The position numbers and the translations under genes are program-made. A stretch of DNA of 44,837 nt, filler included, from Asterias rubens (lineage: Eukaryota), in assembly GCF_902459465.1 (NCBI RefSeq). It is 2 parts of 2 records of this genome, joined end to end, with 100 filler letters (N's around TTAATTAATTAA, not from the genome) between each part and the next. Parts side by side here need not be neighbours in the genome. Positions count along the whole stretch, not along the records: positions 25,120 to 44,837 come from NC_047081.1; 1 more part is not named here. One strand, written 5' to 3'. The notes under the pieces were generated by a model that saw only the letters and a list, made by a program, of their open reading frames with translations, ran no database searches and was not told the origin of the DNA. Positions within the stretch are counted from its first letter, which is position 1; the number at the start of each line of letters is the position of its first letter. Below are positions 32,827 through 44,837 of the stretch, piece by piece.

Positions 32827-33590
32827 ATGTTTTGGGTTTTTTTTCGGGAAAAATTAACTAAAACTCACTTTGTATTGCTAAACCATTGCATGTAATAGGC
32901 CTGCCAATTATCCAGAAAAGTTAGTTAATAGTATGAAATGCTGTTAGTCGAGAGAGAAAGGAAACTGTTCGTAAAAACTACTATGGCCATTGCAAACAGC
33001 GCCCTCTTTGTGTCCAACTAGGCGGTATTTTGAAAACTTCCAACTGAATTAAATCTTCACCATCTTTTACTAATTCCAAACGAACCAGGGAACTCATCGT
33101 GATAAATGTATTATAATCGTACTACTTATACAAAGAATGGTACATGGTTCGGTAATAATGGAAAACAACTTCAAACAATTTTTGTTTACTTTGACTTTCA
33201 TTATTATTATTTTTTGTTCAAGTGCAAGCACTTTTTTTGTAATTTCAAACATAGGCCTGTTCACTCACAAAACAAACTACGAAAATACCAAAAACGAGAA
33301 CAACACATATCAAGCAACGATATTATGGTTCGCTTGTTTACAGTGAAAGTTGACTCTGACAAATCTTGATACCATGGAAAGACTGGTCCCCTGTCTTTAT
33401 CACGTGCTGCATGTGACGTCAGTGGATGGAGTTCGTACCTATTTAAATATAATTCCACGCATCCCTAATTAAACCACTTTAGATTAGTTTCCTCGGAACA
33501 GATTAATATTTCTGGGAGTTTTAGTAAATGGGTGGTTCAGAAATGCCTCTCTGGCGTATTTCCAAAAAATTATGAATAATTCTCTTTAGA

Positions 33591-33959
33591 AGGCAGTGGA
33601 CACTACTGGTAATTACTCAAAATAATTAATATCGTAAAACCTTTCTTGGTGACGAGTAATTGGGAGAGGTTGGTGGTATAAAACATTGTGAGAAACGGCT
33701 CCCTCTGAAGTGCCATAGTTTTCGAGGAAGAATTTCCACGAGTTTGATTTCGAGACCTCAGATTTAGAACTTGACGTTCATCCATCTAAACGCACACAAC
33801 TTCGTGTGACAAGGGTGTTTATTTCTTTCATTATTAGCTCGATGACCAATTGAGCTCAAATTTTCACAGGTTTGTTATTTTATGCATGGGATGTTATTGA
33901 GATACACCAACTGTGAAGGCTAGTCTTTGACAATTACCAATAGTGTCCACTGCCTTTAA
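33591..33959 (+). mobile_element. 370-bp Kolobok-type MITE
   Basis: aggcagtggacactactggtaatt ... aattaccaatagtgtccactgcct|TTAA. Confidence 0.85.
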
Positions 33960-34209
33960 AAGGAACAGCCGAAATCGTTTTTATATCTTTGAAACAATCA
34001 TACAGCCCCAAGATTGGGGACTGTGCGTAAAATCTGCAAGGAGTCTAAATTACTACTCTAAGTGTCGATTTTGATTAATGGGGCGCCTTCAAAATTTGGG
34101 CTAAGGCTCCGGGCGTTTCTTCCTGTGGGAGGCAACGAGGGCCGTAGACTTGCCAAGTCTCTCTTTATCTTTCGACCGCCCTATATACAATTTTTGGTAT
34201 AAAAACATA

Positions 34210-34550
34210 CTTGTTATGAGCAATGGAGAGCTGTCGATATTATAAAACAATCTACCTCTGCAGTAACGTAGTTTTTGAGGAGTTAACTTTTCACTAAATT
34301 TAATAATAATAAAAGACGTCGGGCCTGAAGCCCTTTATTATAGGCATCTGAAGGCACAAACATTTTGTACAACAATAGTGTTTTTTCTTTAGTTTGTCTT
34401 GCAACTTCGATGACCAATTGAGTCAAAATTTACACAGATTTGTTATTTCATGCATAGTTAGGATACATAGTGAGTATACTGGTCTTTGACAATTACCAAA
34501 GGTGTCCACTTTTACCAAAGGTGTCCACTTTTGCCAAAGGTGTCCAGTGC
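34210..34550 (+). mobile_element. Degenerate Kolobok-type MITE with a triplicated 19-bp terminal motif
   Basis: Family core cttcgatgaccaattgag..aaattt.cacag; ccaaaggtgtcca occurs three times at 34497-34547. Confidence 0.65.
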
Positions 34551-34855
34551 ATGTAATATAATAGTTAAAGTCACCCTGCTATGGGTGACCCCAAGCTTTT
34601 CTATAGTCAAATATTTATCCCTAACTTTAAAGAATAAATAACCACATCCGCGAAGCACACACGAAATATTAGCCTCCTCAGAGTTTGGCCCACGGTTCCG
34701 CCCTCTCCTGTCAAAACACTAAACAGTCGTAGGCTTCTAGACTCTAACTCAAGCCGTGGTTTGCAAACAAATCACGGCCTTTTCATTGGTGATAAACAAA
34801 CTGCACTGGTCGGCATGGACGACCGACGTTAGCAAAAATTATTCAGGTTTTGTAA

Positions 34856-35210
34856 TAAAGCCATTGTACACTTTCGGAACAGAAAAAAAATCACAGATTT
34901 ACAAACAACTTACAGGGTTTACAGAAGGTAATGGTGAAAGACTTCTCTTGAAATATTATTCCATGAAATGCTTTACTTTTTTAGAAAACATTAAAACAAT
35001 TATCAATTCTCGATATCGATCATACGTATTTATTTAAAACACATGTCATGACACGGCGAAACGTGCGGAAACAGGAGTGGGTTTTCCCGTTATTTTCTCC
35101 CGACTCCGATGACTGATTGAGCCTAAAGTTTCACAGGTTGTTTATTTTATATATAAGTTGTGATACACGACGTGTGGGCCTTTGGACAATACTGTTTACC
35201 GAAAGTGTTG
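34856..35210 (+). mobile_element. Third MITE family, TTAA|AGCC type (copy at 40121-40478)
   Basis: taaagcca.tg.acactttc.gaacag...cttacagggtttacagaaggtaatggtgaaagactt...ggacaatactgtttac shared by both copies. Confidence 0.8.
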
Positions 35211-36426
35211 TGAACAAATTCAGCATTTTCTGCAAAATTGTCAATGAGTAAAATACCTTCCACGATTGGTTGCTTTGTTTTCAACAAATTCAACTCATTG
35301 TTTTGTGCTTACGAACTTGGCTTTGCTTTGCATTTATGGCTTTCCATATAGTTTTCCAACTTCGGGTGGCAAAATATGGCAACTTTAGTGTATTCCAAAA
35401 AATTTCTCAGTTTGAAATACCACAACCTGAGCTTTATGGCACAATATTGGACCATTTTTAACAGTCCTTAAATACTGTGACCTTCAAGAAATTTCCAGAA
35501 AAACTCATGGAATTACAATTTATTTATTCACGAGACTTGACGCATGATGTTCCTCACTGTTGTCTCCTGCATGCGTTATTGGTAGCTATAGACTTGCGGA
35601 CAAGTCGTTCTGTGCATTACAGGACGGCAGTTGGTTTACGCAGAACGACTTGTTTTCAACTCTATTCGTTTATGACAATAATACTACACAATTTGGGAGG
35701 GGGGGTCAGTGTTTGTAGCCAGAAGTGTAACTTGTGCAGTGACTGCCATTCAGACCGTTTCCTTATCCCCTAATCGCTTACAAACCTTGAGTGACGCTGG
35801 GGAACAAGTCGGACGTTGGGCCCCCGCTCAGAAACCGCTCATACATGACTTAACATAATATGGTTTCATTCTGAAAAATAAAGACGCAAGAATTTATATG
35901 CCTATCGCCTATCATCTATGATCTACAAACGAACGGGGTGTACAACAGTCATGAAAAGTTGCGTTTATTTTGCATCTCGTCTTGGTTCGTGAACGTGAAC
36001 GAATTTACTCGAAGACAAGTTTGGACAATGAGACCATGGTTCGATTTCAAGCTGATTTTAAGCACACAAACTAATAACTAAGCAAAACAAAATGATGCTT
36101 ACCAAAATAAGCTTTCCAGCCAAAATACCATGTCACATGTAGAAATTTGCTTTTATCTGCTCTTCAGAAATGTTTTGAGCAAAACATCTTCTGAAATTGG
36201 GCCCATGTAGGTGTCTCCTTGCGTGGGTTCTAAAAGGCTAAACAAGATCAACCGCAAATTAAAAAAAAGGTATCAACCAAGAGACTGTGCCAGTCTAATA
36301 CTTCAGCAAACCGGCATCCTTCAGACCTGTCAAAAACGAGGAAATGCTAATAAATGGTATCACCCGATAGGGAAACGTTGTGTTAGCCTCTTCCCCAAGT
36401 CAAACCATCACGTATATATACACTTA

Positions 36427-36434
36427 TATATAAA
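36427..36434 (+). promoter_or_regulatory. Possible TATA box of the orphan membrane-protein gene
   Basis: TATATAAA about 160 nt upstream of ATG 36593; could be chance in AT-rich DNA. Confidence 0.25.
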
Positions 36435-36592
36435 TATGAAAGAAATACAGTAATTTTTCAACAGCAAGGACGACTGTAGCAAAAGAGGAACATTGTGGTT
36501 GGTTGGCCACACAGGCCAATGCGTTTTTGAGAGTTTGGTTTCGTCCGAGTATCAAATCAAGTTGTTACACACACCTTTTGTTAAGCAATGTG

Positions 36593-36736
36593 ATGGCACG
36601 CGTGTTCGGTTGTACCTTGTTTTTGCTGGCGCTTCTTCTACACGTGCTCGTGATATTGTCGTCTGCTGGTTCTTTAACGCGGGAAGAAAATGATGTTCGA
36701 TTTATACTTGAGAGTGGAAACAATGACAGTAGTAAG
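36593..36736 (+). CDS. Orphan type I membrane protein, exon 1 (signal peptide); model join(36593-36736, 42303-42381, 42755-43197) = 221 aa
   Basis: MARVFGCTLFLLALLLHVLVILSSAG looks like a typical signal peptide; strong donor AAG|GTGAGT, phase 0. Confidence 0.8.
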
Positions 36737-36805
36737 GTGAGTAGTTTCTTGGTATTACTGTGAGGGTCCATTGTGGAAATTGGGGCTTGGTGGAACCCAC
36801 ACACA

Positions 36806-36972
36806 GTCCTTTATCATGCTGCCTCCATCTTGGTCATGTTCCTTGTATCGAATAACAATAATTAATGCTAATAATCATTTTGCAAATAGGAACCAGACTA
36901 TTTTGTTCTTCCAGCCTCGGTTTGGTTACATTGATGAGGAAAATTCAAGATGGCTGCACCATGATAAAGATC
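36806..36972. mobile_element. Degenerate palindromic element (ctttatcatg...ccatctt / aagatgg...catgataaag); relative at ~41094-41216
   Basis: Inverted arms at 36808-36833 and 36946-36971. Confidence 0.55.
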
Positions 36973-37974
36973 CATAGACAGTAAAGGCACGAGACCAGTG
37001 ATTTTAGCGTCGGACCAGTAAACTCAAGAGTCTTAGTCCGGTTGGTCTCCTTGATTTTTTTCTTAATCCAGAGCCTTGGGAATAAACCGAAAGTTTCTGT
37101 TTATGAAGGCTTACAGCAATCTTGAAAGTCAGGGGGTAGGTAGGGGTGTTCATAGGTTATTTGAAGGAGAACAACGGGGTTACACTTAGGAGGCTTGCCC
37201 AGGTATCGAGAACAGTCGAGTTTTGGGAGGTGTTACCGCCTCCAAACTTCTGCTTTTCTTTCCCCGCCTGCATAACGTCACCAATAATGAACATGGCTAT
37301 ACGTCAACATACACACAAATTAATGTTGTGCAATGTTTTTTTTTATTAATTTTTATTACATGGCAGAATTTGTATAATATAGGTTTATTGTTTTTTGTAA
37401 AATTTTGTATGCGTCATTTTTTTTTTTTTAAATAACTTTGTAGGCCTATGTGTTAACTTTTGTTTATTTTTGATAGCCTATTGTTTTGGGGCTGCTAAAG
37501 CAGCTCCATGAAATTGGGCCCACATATCGGAACTTCAAAAAATGTGTAAAAAAAACACATTAGAAGTAGCCCACATAAGAGATGTTAAACTTGCATCGGG
37601 GATAAAGAATATTAATTTTGGTTTTTACCCATACACCGAGGTGTGTTAGCACTGTATTCTCAGTACTCACAGTAGCCCACAGGTCCACCTGTAATTTTTG
37701 GATGTCATGTGGAAATGCCACAAATAATGATACCCCTTGCTCAATAGGACCAACTGGGACCTTAGGGACCAACTACTGAAACGATATTTCCTGTTTTCGA
37801 ACGTGAGTTTGTGTTTTTATGTTCGGTTGACTGATTAGCTGTCATCTTTTTAAATGAAGTTATTATCGGGTTCGAAACAAGCCGGTATTTCAGCTCAATC
37901 ACCACGGGAGGCACAGAGAGACCTAGCCCGGATATTGCCAAATGAGGGCTCTATGTTTTATGTTAATATTTTAG

Positions 37975-38741
37975 TTAAAGGCACTGGACACTATTGGTCA
38001 AAGACCAGCCTGCTCACTTGGTGTACCTCAACATATGCATAAAATAACAAACCTGTGAAAATTTGAGCCCAATCGGTCGTTGAAGTTGCGCCGGATAATA
38101 ATGATAGAAAAACACCCTTGTCACACGAAGATGTGCGCTTTCGTCGGATGCTTGACTTCGGGACCTCAAATTCTAAATTTGAGGTCTCGAAATCAAATTT
38201 GTGGAAAATTACTTCTTTCTCAAAAACTTTATCACTTCAGATGGAGCCGTATCTCACGGTGTTTTATACTATCAACCTCTCCCTATTACTCATTACCAAG
38301 TAAGGTTTTATGCTAATAACTATTTTGAGTAATTACCAATAGTGTCCACTACCTTTAAAGGCACTTGGCACGTTTGGTTGTTTTCAGAGACAAGTACTCT
38401 TACTTTGTGTATCCCAACGATATAAATAAAATAACAAACCTCGGAATTTGTCATCGAATTTGCAAGAGAATAATGAAAAAACAAGCACATTAATTTTTTT
38501 TTGTTGTAAATTTTATTACTTTGTGTGCTTTCAGATGCATAATAAAAGGCTTCAGCTAAAGTCTTTTATTAATATTTGAGTGAGAAATTACCCCTTTCTC
38601 TAAAACTGCGTTACTTCAGAGGGAGCCGTTTCTCACAACATGTGTTTTACTATCAACATCTCTCCATTGCTCAGTTACCAAGTAAGTTTTCATGCTCACA
38701 ATTTTTGTTTAGTAATGACAAATAGTGTCCGGTGCCTTTAA
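37975..38741 (-). mobile_element. Two Kolobok-type MITEs in tandem sharing one TTAA (37975-38358 and 38355-38741)
   Basis: ...gtgtccactacct|TTAA|aggcacttggcacg...gtgtccggtgcct|TTAA. Confidence 0.8.
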
Positions 38742-38796
38742 GTATAAGAAACGTAGATAGGAACGTACAATTTGCTAAGAGGTCAGCGTTCATTTG

Positions 38797-38944
38797 TAAT
38801 AGGAGACTTTCCAACGCTAGGTGGCAGCAGACATACCGGGTAAATTTCCATTGTTTACGTAGTTCTGAACATGCGCATAATTCTGAGAACAATGGATTTA
38901 CCCGGTAAGTCTGCTGCCCTCTATCGTCCCAGAAAGTCTCCCAT
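38797..38944. mobile_element. ~147-bp palindromic MITE (same family as 13087-13233)
   Basis: aataggagactttccaacgctaggtggcagcagac / gtctgctgccctctatcgtcccagaaagtctcccatt. Confidence 0.8.
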
Positions 38945-39584
38945 TGTTTGTGGTGTCAATTAAAGGAATAATCTTCTCCAGATTTGATTTTGGACTTTAT
39001 GGGAGAACCCGGCTTTCAAGTGACATAATATCTGCTGTTCGCATATACTATAGGTAGGCCTTTATTATTTACTGTTTATTACTGACAGGGTGCATCCCCT
39101 AATTTCACTCTAAATTGACCCGGACTTCAGGTCCCAAGAGGGTCTGCTGGCACGCTATTCTGAGTCAAGCTGACCCGGAAGCTGTTCTATGAAATTTGAC
39201 CCAGGGCTCAATTTCATAGAGCTGCTTATAAGCAAAAACTTTTGCTTAACATTTTTCTGCTGAGCACAACTAAACATCATCCTTTTAGCACAGGACACTA
39301 TTGGTAATTACTCAAAATGATTGTCAGCATAAAAACTTAGTTGGTATGAGCAATTATAGAGGCTGTTAATAGTATTCAACATTTTAAGAGAAACGGTTCC
39401 CTCTGAAGTAACGTAGTTTTTGAGAAAGAAGTAATTTCTCACTAAAATATTTGAATTGATTTCGAGACATCAGCTGAGACCTATTTTTGGTCTATTGATA
39501 AATTGAGACTATTGACCTCTTGTTGATAGACCTACTTTCATGTAGGCCCCTACTCATTTTTCCCCAAACCCATTAATTATTTTT

Positions 39585-39936
39585 TTAAAGGCAGTGGACA
39601 CTATTGGTAATTACTCAAAATAATTATTGGCATCAAACCTTACTTGGTAACGAGTAATGGGGAGAGGTTGATGGTATAAAACATTAAGAGAAACAGCTCC
39701 CTCTGAAGTGACCTAGTTTTGGAGAAAGAAGTAATTTTCCACGAATTTGATTTCGAAATCAATCATCTGAAAGCACACAACTTCATGTGACAAGGGTGTT
39801 TTTTCTTTCATAGTTACCTCGCAACTCCGACGACCGAGCTCAAATTTTCACAGGTTTGTTATTTTATGCATATGTTGAGATACACCAAGTGAAAGAATGG
39901 TCTTTGACAACTACCAAAAGTGTCCACTGCCTTTAA
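39585..39936 (+). mobile_element. 370-bp Kolobok-type MITE (partial copy at ~39290-39480)
   Basis: TTAA|AGGCAGTGGACACTATTGG ... GTGTCCACTGCCT|TTAA. Confidence 0.9.
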
Positions 39937-41819
39937 TGATTGTTGATGTCCAAGCCACTCTAGATTATAGCGAAGGGAAAGTAAGCTAAAGCACAACGCC
40001 CTCTCAAGGTCACTGCCAAAACAGGGACTTTTAAAACAGGGACAAAGGAAAAACAACTTTCAATTTTGTTTTTTTCAATGCGGGCATCAATCTTGTGTTC
40101 TTAACAGTAAGTAAACAAACTTAAAGCCAATGGACACTTTCTGAACAGAACAAAATTAAAGGTTCACATATTTACAAATAACTTACAGGGTTTACAGAAG
40201 GTAATGGTGAAAGACTTCCCTTGAAATATTATTCCATGAAATGCTTTATATTTTGAGAAAACATTGAAACAATTATAAATTCTCGATATCGGGAATAACG
40301 GCAATTATACGTGCAATACGTGCAGAAACATGGGTGTGGTTTCCCGTTATTTTCTCCCGACTCCGATGACCAATTGAGCCTAAATTTTGACAGGTTTGTT
40401 ATTTTATGTATAAGTTGTGATACATGAAGTGTGGGCCTTTGGACAATACTGTTTACTGATGTTGTGCGATTGCTTTAAGATGATCTTCACATCATCATAA
40501 GGGAACTCGGCAAACTCCCACAAGATAAAGCTGGAAACAGCCAATCCCTCTAATCAAACTTTGATTTAATGTCTATGACTATGTGATAGCACAAATCAAG
40601 AAATTGTGATTAATTAACTCGACGATGTGAAATCAGCTGTTATCTTGGTAGGATTCGAACCTACAACCTTGCACCACTCTGGTATTAAAATTACCCTGTT
40701 TGCTTGTTATTCAAGACTAGAATGAGCAATGACTTTCGAGTGGTGTTACGAATTGAAAAACTGCATACTTTCCCCCCTCTCCTATCCCTATCCCTACCCC
40801 CCCCCTTTACCCCAAACTCCTGTCATACATTGAGTGGATGTGTAATTCAGATGCATGTCACTCAATGGGGTCTCGGAAGGTCTTCATTAAAGACAAGGAA
40901 ACGACGACGGGATGCCATGAATCAAGAACCCTGGCATACTGAGCCCCAACAGCTCCTAGGAATTCTTCACTTTTATGGCGTAATCAAACAACATGAAAAC
41001 AATTTGGTTTTTTTTGAGTGGGCAGAGAAAACATGCTACACCCGCAGCTCTTTCCCTGTTGAAGCTTTCTTGTATTAGATTATTATATCAAATTATACCC
41101 ATTGTATTGGCCGCCATCTTTGATGAAACGTGCACGCATTGGCCTAGAGTCGTGCACAGCGCGTACACGCGTGTGCACCAAAAGATGGCGGTCAATGACG
41201 TCATGTGCCGTCTATAATAACTCTATCGCCATGGACGCAGGGTAGAATAAAATAATTGATATTAAGTGGTTTGGCTCGACGGATAAGCCCGCGCTTTCAA
41301 ACTTAAAGTATGAAAAATGTATGTATGTGGTCTTGGTTCATGACGTTATACGTCTCTGTTTGTGGTCTTGGTTCAAGACGTTATACGTCTATTGTTTTAT
41401 TGCTTGTGTTTCAGTTTGCTTAACCGTTATAACGCACAGCACTAAATCCAACCAGCTGGTACTGTATGCATGCACACTTAAGGAGCCTTGTGTCGAGGCT
41501 AATCCTTGTCAAATAAATTTCTCTTGATTTGCTGTCCCCAGTTGACAAAGCGAAAGGTCATTTTAATTGATAAATCAACAACATCAACCGAGGGGTGAAA
41601 TTTAGCCTTCCATGGTCCGTTTAGTGACACCCTTAACCATCATCTGGGGGAAGTGTTTAATTTGTTGGAGGATATTCAACTTTCAGTGAGTTTGACCTTC
41701 GTTTAGAGGAGCTGAAATTATGAAACGTGCCCCTTAAGTTGACACATGGGGGAAGTCTTCGCTAAGAAGGCACAATTTCACGTCTTTATTGGTTTTGGTT
41801 ATTATGAATATTGATAGAA

Positions 41820-42118
41820 TTGCTGTTGCTATTGTTGTTGTTCTTGTTTCGTGTTGTTATCGTTGTTGGTGTTGCTGTTGTTGTTGTTGTTGTTCCTTGT
41901 TGTATTTGTCTGTTCTTGTTCTTCTTTGATGTTTCTGTTGTGTTGTTGGTGATGGCTATATTTTGGTTATGATATGATGGTAAGGTTATGGTTATGGTTA
42001 TAGTTGAAATTATTGGTATGGTTATAGTTATGCCCAGTTATGGTTATATTATAGTAACGGTTATTCTAATGGGTATGGATTTAGTTGTTATGGTTATGGT
42101 GAGGATCATGGTTATTAT
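41820..42118. repeat. Degenerate (GTT)n followed by (GGTTAT)n microsatellite
   Basis: Visible simple-repeat periodicity. Confidence 0.9.
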
Positions 42119-42302
42119 TACAGAGGGCCTATAAACTATTGTATTGTTGTTTACAGATAAAAACATGTGACGGGTCATTGGTCAAATCGCAAAAAATTCT
42201 GATTCATTTATCGATAAAGACACATTCAGCACAAGTTAGAATATAATTGTCTGTTCCCCGTTTCATTTGTTCGAAATCTGTTGTTTTTTAAATCATGTTT
42301 AG

Positions 42303-42381
42303 GAGCATCCAGGAACTTCAGTTCATCATGGACGGCCAAATGCACATCAGACAATGGCAGGCAGATTAACATTATCACCAG
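42303..42381 (+). CDS. Orphan membrane protein, candidate exon 2
   Basis: Acceptor tgttttttaaatcatgtttag|, donor CAG|GTTAGT. The 79 nt convert phase 0 to phase 1, exactly what is needed to join exon 1 to the TM-containing frame; EHPGTSVHHGRPNAHQTMAGRLTLSP(G). Confidence 0.6.
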
Positions 42382-42754
42382 GTTAGTCAACGTGTTAAAC
42401 GGTTCCATTGTACAAACACACTGATTTAACTGATTATCTATGACGTATAATTAATTATCTGTAATGGAATAAACAGTCACCTAAATGTATAGCCACCATG
42501 GAGAACTTATAGTACATTTTGAATCCGACGTGACCCCGACGACGACAGGCACAAACATTTTTTCAGTGTGCCTGAAAAGTTTTCCTAGCCCCCAGTTAAA
42601 ATAGTCTTAGTTGTTTTTAACTTCTAAACTTCGATCGAGAGTTTGATGTTAATTACTATACTGAGACTCAATTCTTTACTCAGCACTTTGAATAACGAAA
42701 TACATAATTATTAACTTGAATTGAATAGAATTAACACGATTTTATTTTCGACAG

Positions 42755-43197
42755 GAGAGTCTCTACGTCACATGGAGACACCGACTTCTAAGTTGCAACA
42801 GCAAGCCTTTGTCGTCGACAGGAGGCGACGACGACGTCGCGAAACCTCCAAACTGCAACTTTTCAATCACGACACCAAGCCCAGTCTCCAGCAGAAAAAC
42901 TGCGACGACAAGCAGCAGCGCCAAGCACCGGCCAACCCCACCGTGGTGGCTGGCATCGTAGGGGGCGCACTGGCATTCTTCCTGGTCGTTGTCTTGACCA
43001 TTATCTACTGCTCCTACAAGAACCACGCCCCGTCGGACCTAAGGAAAAGGGTGGCCGATCTGTACACTTACATCGGGGATGTGGAAGATGTTATCTGGAT
43101 GCCGGGAGCTAACCCTGCTGCTGTGGACATTGGGACGTGTGAACATGTTAAATTTGATGGAATCTCGAGGCTTGCTAAGTATCCGCGACAAGCGTAA
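42755..43197 (+). CDS. Orphan membrane protein, exon 3 (poly-Arg site, TM helix, cytoplasmic tail)
   Basis: Acceptor ttttattttcgacag|; DRRRRRRRE; TM VVAGIVGGALAFFLVVVLTIIY then C and basic residues; GC-rich island with C-ending codons; TAA at 43195-43197. Confidence 0.75.
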
Positions 43198-43427
43198 CTT
43201 TTAGTGACTTTTTTTTGCAAAACTGATAATAGACTTTTCAAAATAATTAATTTGGAACTTTTCATCTTAAAACATGATTTTTGCCACCACTTACTCGAGG
43301 TTAGCGGCAGTGCAAAATTGGGATGGCCTGAATGCTACTTGGGCGTCATTATTATCATTCTTATGTAAATCTTAACATTTACCAGAATAATTTCGCAATA
43401 GGTGGATTGCACATTGACCACCATAAT

Positions 43428-43575
43428 GGGTGCGTTCGTTTAGCTTCCCTGGGTCGACCCGGTGTGTGGCATTTTTTGTTTCCAGGACGAACGTGTGCAG
43501 ATAATTACCCACGTTCGTCCTGGGGAAAAAAAACCGCCACACACCGGGGTCGACCCAGGGAAGCTAAACGAACCC
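43428..43575. mobile_element. Harbinger-type foldback MITE
   Basis: gggtgcgttcgtttagcttccctgggtcgacccggtgtgtggc / gccacacaccggggtcgacccagggaagctaaacgaacc. Confidence 0.8.
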
Positions 43576-43762
43576 TTGATCGAACGTGTAGGCCTACGCG
43601 TGAAAGGTTTTCATTGGCTGAGGAGAGACATGCGCAGAGCGCATACAGGCAGGCACTTTTCCATTGTTTATCATAAGGGCGGAGTCGATGGCGCTATGTG
43701 CAACCCATAGTCAATCTCACATGACTTACTGGTAATCGAGCCATTTTTCTACAAGTCTTCTT

Positions 43763-44136
43763 GCAGTGGACACTATTGGTGATTACCTAAAATAATTATT
43801 AGCATAAAACCTTACTTTGTGGGAGAGGTTGATAGCACAAAACATTGAGAGAAACTGCTCCCTCTGATGAAGTGGAGTAGTTTTCGAGAAAGAAGTAATT
43901 TTCATCGGATTTGATTTCGAGGCCTCAAGTTTAGAATTTGAGGTATCGAATTCAAGCATCTGAAAGCACACAACTTCGTGTGACAAGGGTGATTTTTTCT
44001 TTCATAGTTATCTCGCAACTCCAATGACCAATCGAGCTCAAATTTGCACAGGTTTGTTATTGTATGCATATGTTGAGATACAGCATAGGAAGACTGGTCT
44101 TTGACAATTATTACCAATAGTGTCCACTGGCTTTAA
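43763..44136 (+). mobile_element. 370-bp Kolobok-type MITE
   Basis: gcagtggacactattggtgatt ... ttaccaatagtgtccactggct|TTAA. Confidence 0.85.
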
Positions 44137-44837
44137 AGTGTGAACTTGGGAGTTATATTTTATTGATATCCTAAACTGCATCATCCACATATCGTAAAGG
44201 GGTATCAGGTCGAAGAGATTTTTGTTGAGGGGCATAAAAACTATAATTATACACTCGTGTACTTTTATCATTGACATTAATACAAAAGTAGCAGTAGCAC
44301 ATGGTATCAAATTTTATTTGAACCACTCAGTCAATTGCTATTAAACTTTACAGTTTTTAATGTCAAAAATGTATAGCCCCTATGGTCCCATGTCTTGTTA
44401 TCCATAATAATAATAATTATTGGCTGTGTTTTAGGTTCTTGCGCAGGCCTACGAAAAAAGAAAAAAAAAACAAGACCGCGCGCATTGTCAGCCTATCGGG
44501 GGTGCACCACACAATAACCCACAGAGCAAACACTCTCCCAAGAGACTACGTTTCTAATAACGCCGTTATGCAGATGTTCCCTCTAGGAGAATTATTTCAA
44601 AACGGGGAAAGAAAGGCCGAATTCCATAGAAAGTTTATTACGACGTTATGCACGATACCTCCTCATCGAAGGATTATTTCAAATAGCGTTGCAATGCAAC
44701 GTAGTATCCTCAAAACAGGAATTGGCAGTTAGCAGAAAACTCATTTTGTTTAAAGCTTTTTTTTTTTTTAATTTGCCTATTTGTATCTTGTATCTTTCTC
44801 TTATTGTTTCTTTAATGCGCTTAGAGGCTTTTGCATT

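Noticed and set aside
33401-33421. E-box plus CRE (TGACGTCA) about 1 kb upstream of GST; also CRE at ~1956 and ~41198
   Set aside because: At 33401 and ~41198 the motif sits with tgataaag or aagatggcgg sequences typical of a palindromic repeat family, and an 8-mer alone is weak evidence; no support for gene-specific regulation.
36915-36977. Strong-looking acceptor giving K-PRFG (RFamide-like) then a stop
   Set aside because: No basic cleavage site after the Gly, and the segment overlaps one arm of a palindromic repeat (36806-36972).
40704-41078. 124-aa plus-strand ORF inside the membrane-protein intron
   Set aside because: Low-complexity C-rich origin, no motifs, no splice-phase fit with the gene model.

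Overview
AT-rich eukaryotic (animal) DNA with spliceosomal introns; no rRNA, true tRNA or CRISPR. The repeat families suggest a marine deuterostome, probably a sea star; this is from memory and unverified. Left part (1-25019): a minus-strand tandem array of histamine N-methyltransferase (HNMT)-like genes. Gene A shows only exon 1. Genes B and C are complete three-exon, 291-aa genes that arose from a ~5.8-kb tandem duplication, and the second unit carries a 4.5-kb Tx1/L1-type LINE with an intact ORF1 but no endonuclease domain. A synthetic 100-bp scaffold linker (25020-25119) separates this from the right part, which holds a complete five-exon sigma-class glutathione S-transferase (minus strand, 205 aa) and a divergently oriented three-exon orphan type I membrane protein (plus strand, 221 aa) with a hepta-Arg furin-like site. 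Intergenic and intronic DNA is dense with TTAA-flanked Kolobok/T2-type MITEs, Harbinger-type MITEs, nested foldback elements, SINE fragments and a 37-bp minisatellite. Main leads: (1) the HNMT-like paralogs have a rewired, charge-reversed substrate pocket, diverge almost only by amino-acid-changing substitutions near the pocket, and show gene conversion, which suggests an evolving small-molecule N-methyltransferase family; (2) the orphan membrane proprotein may have a dual-frame secreted isoform; (3) the GST keeps HPGDS-like signatures.
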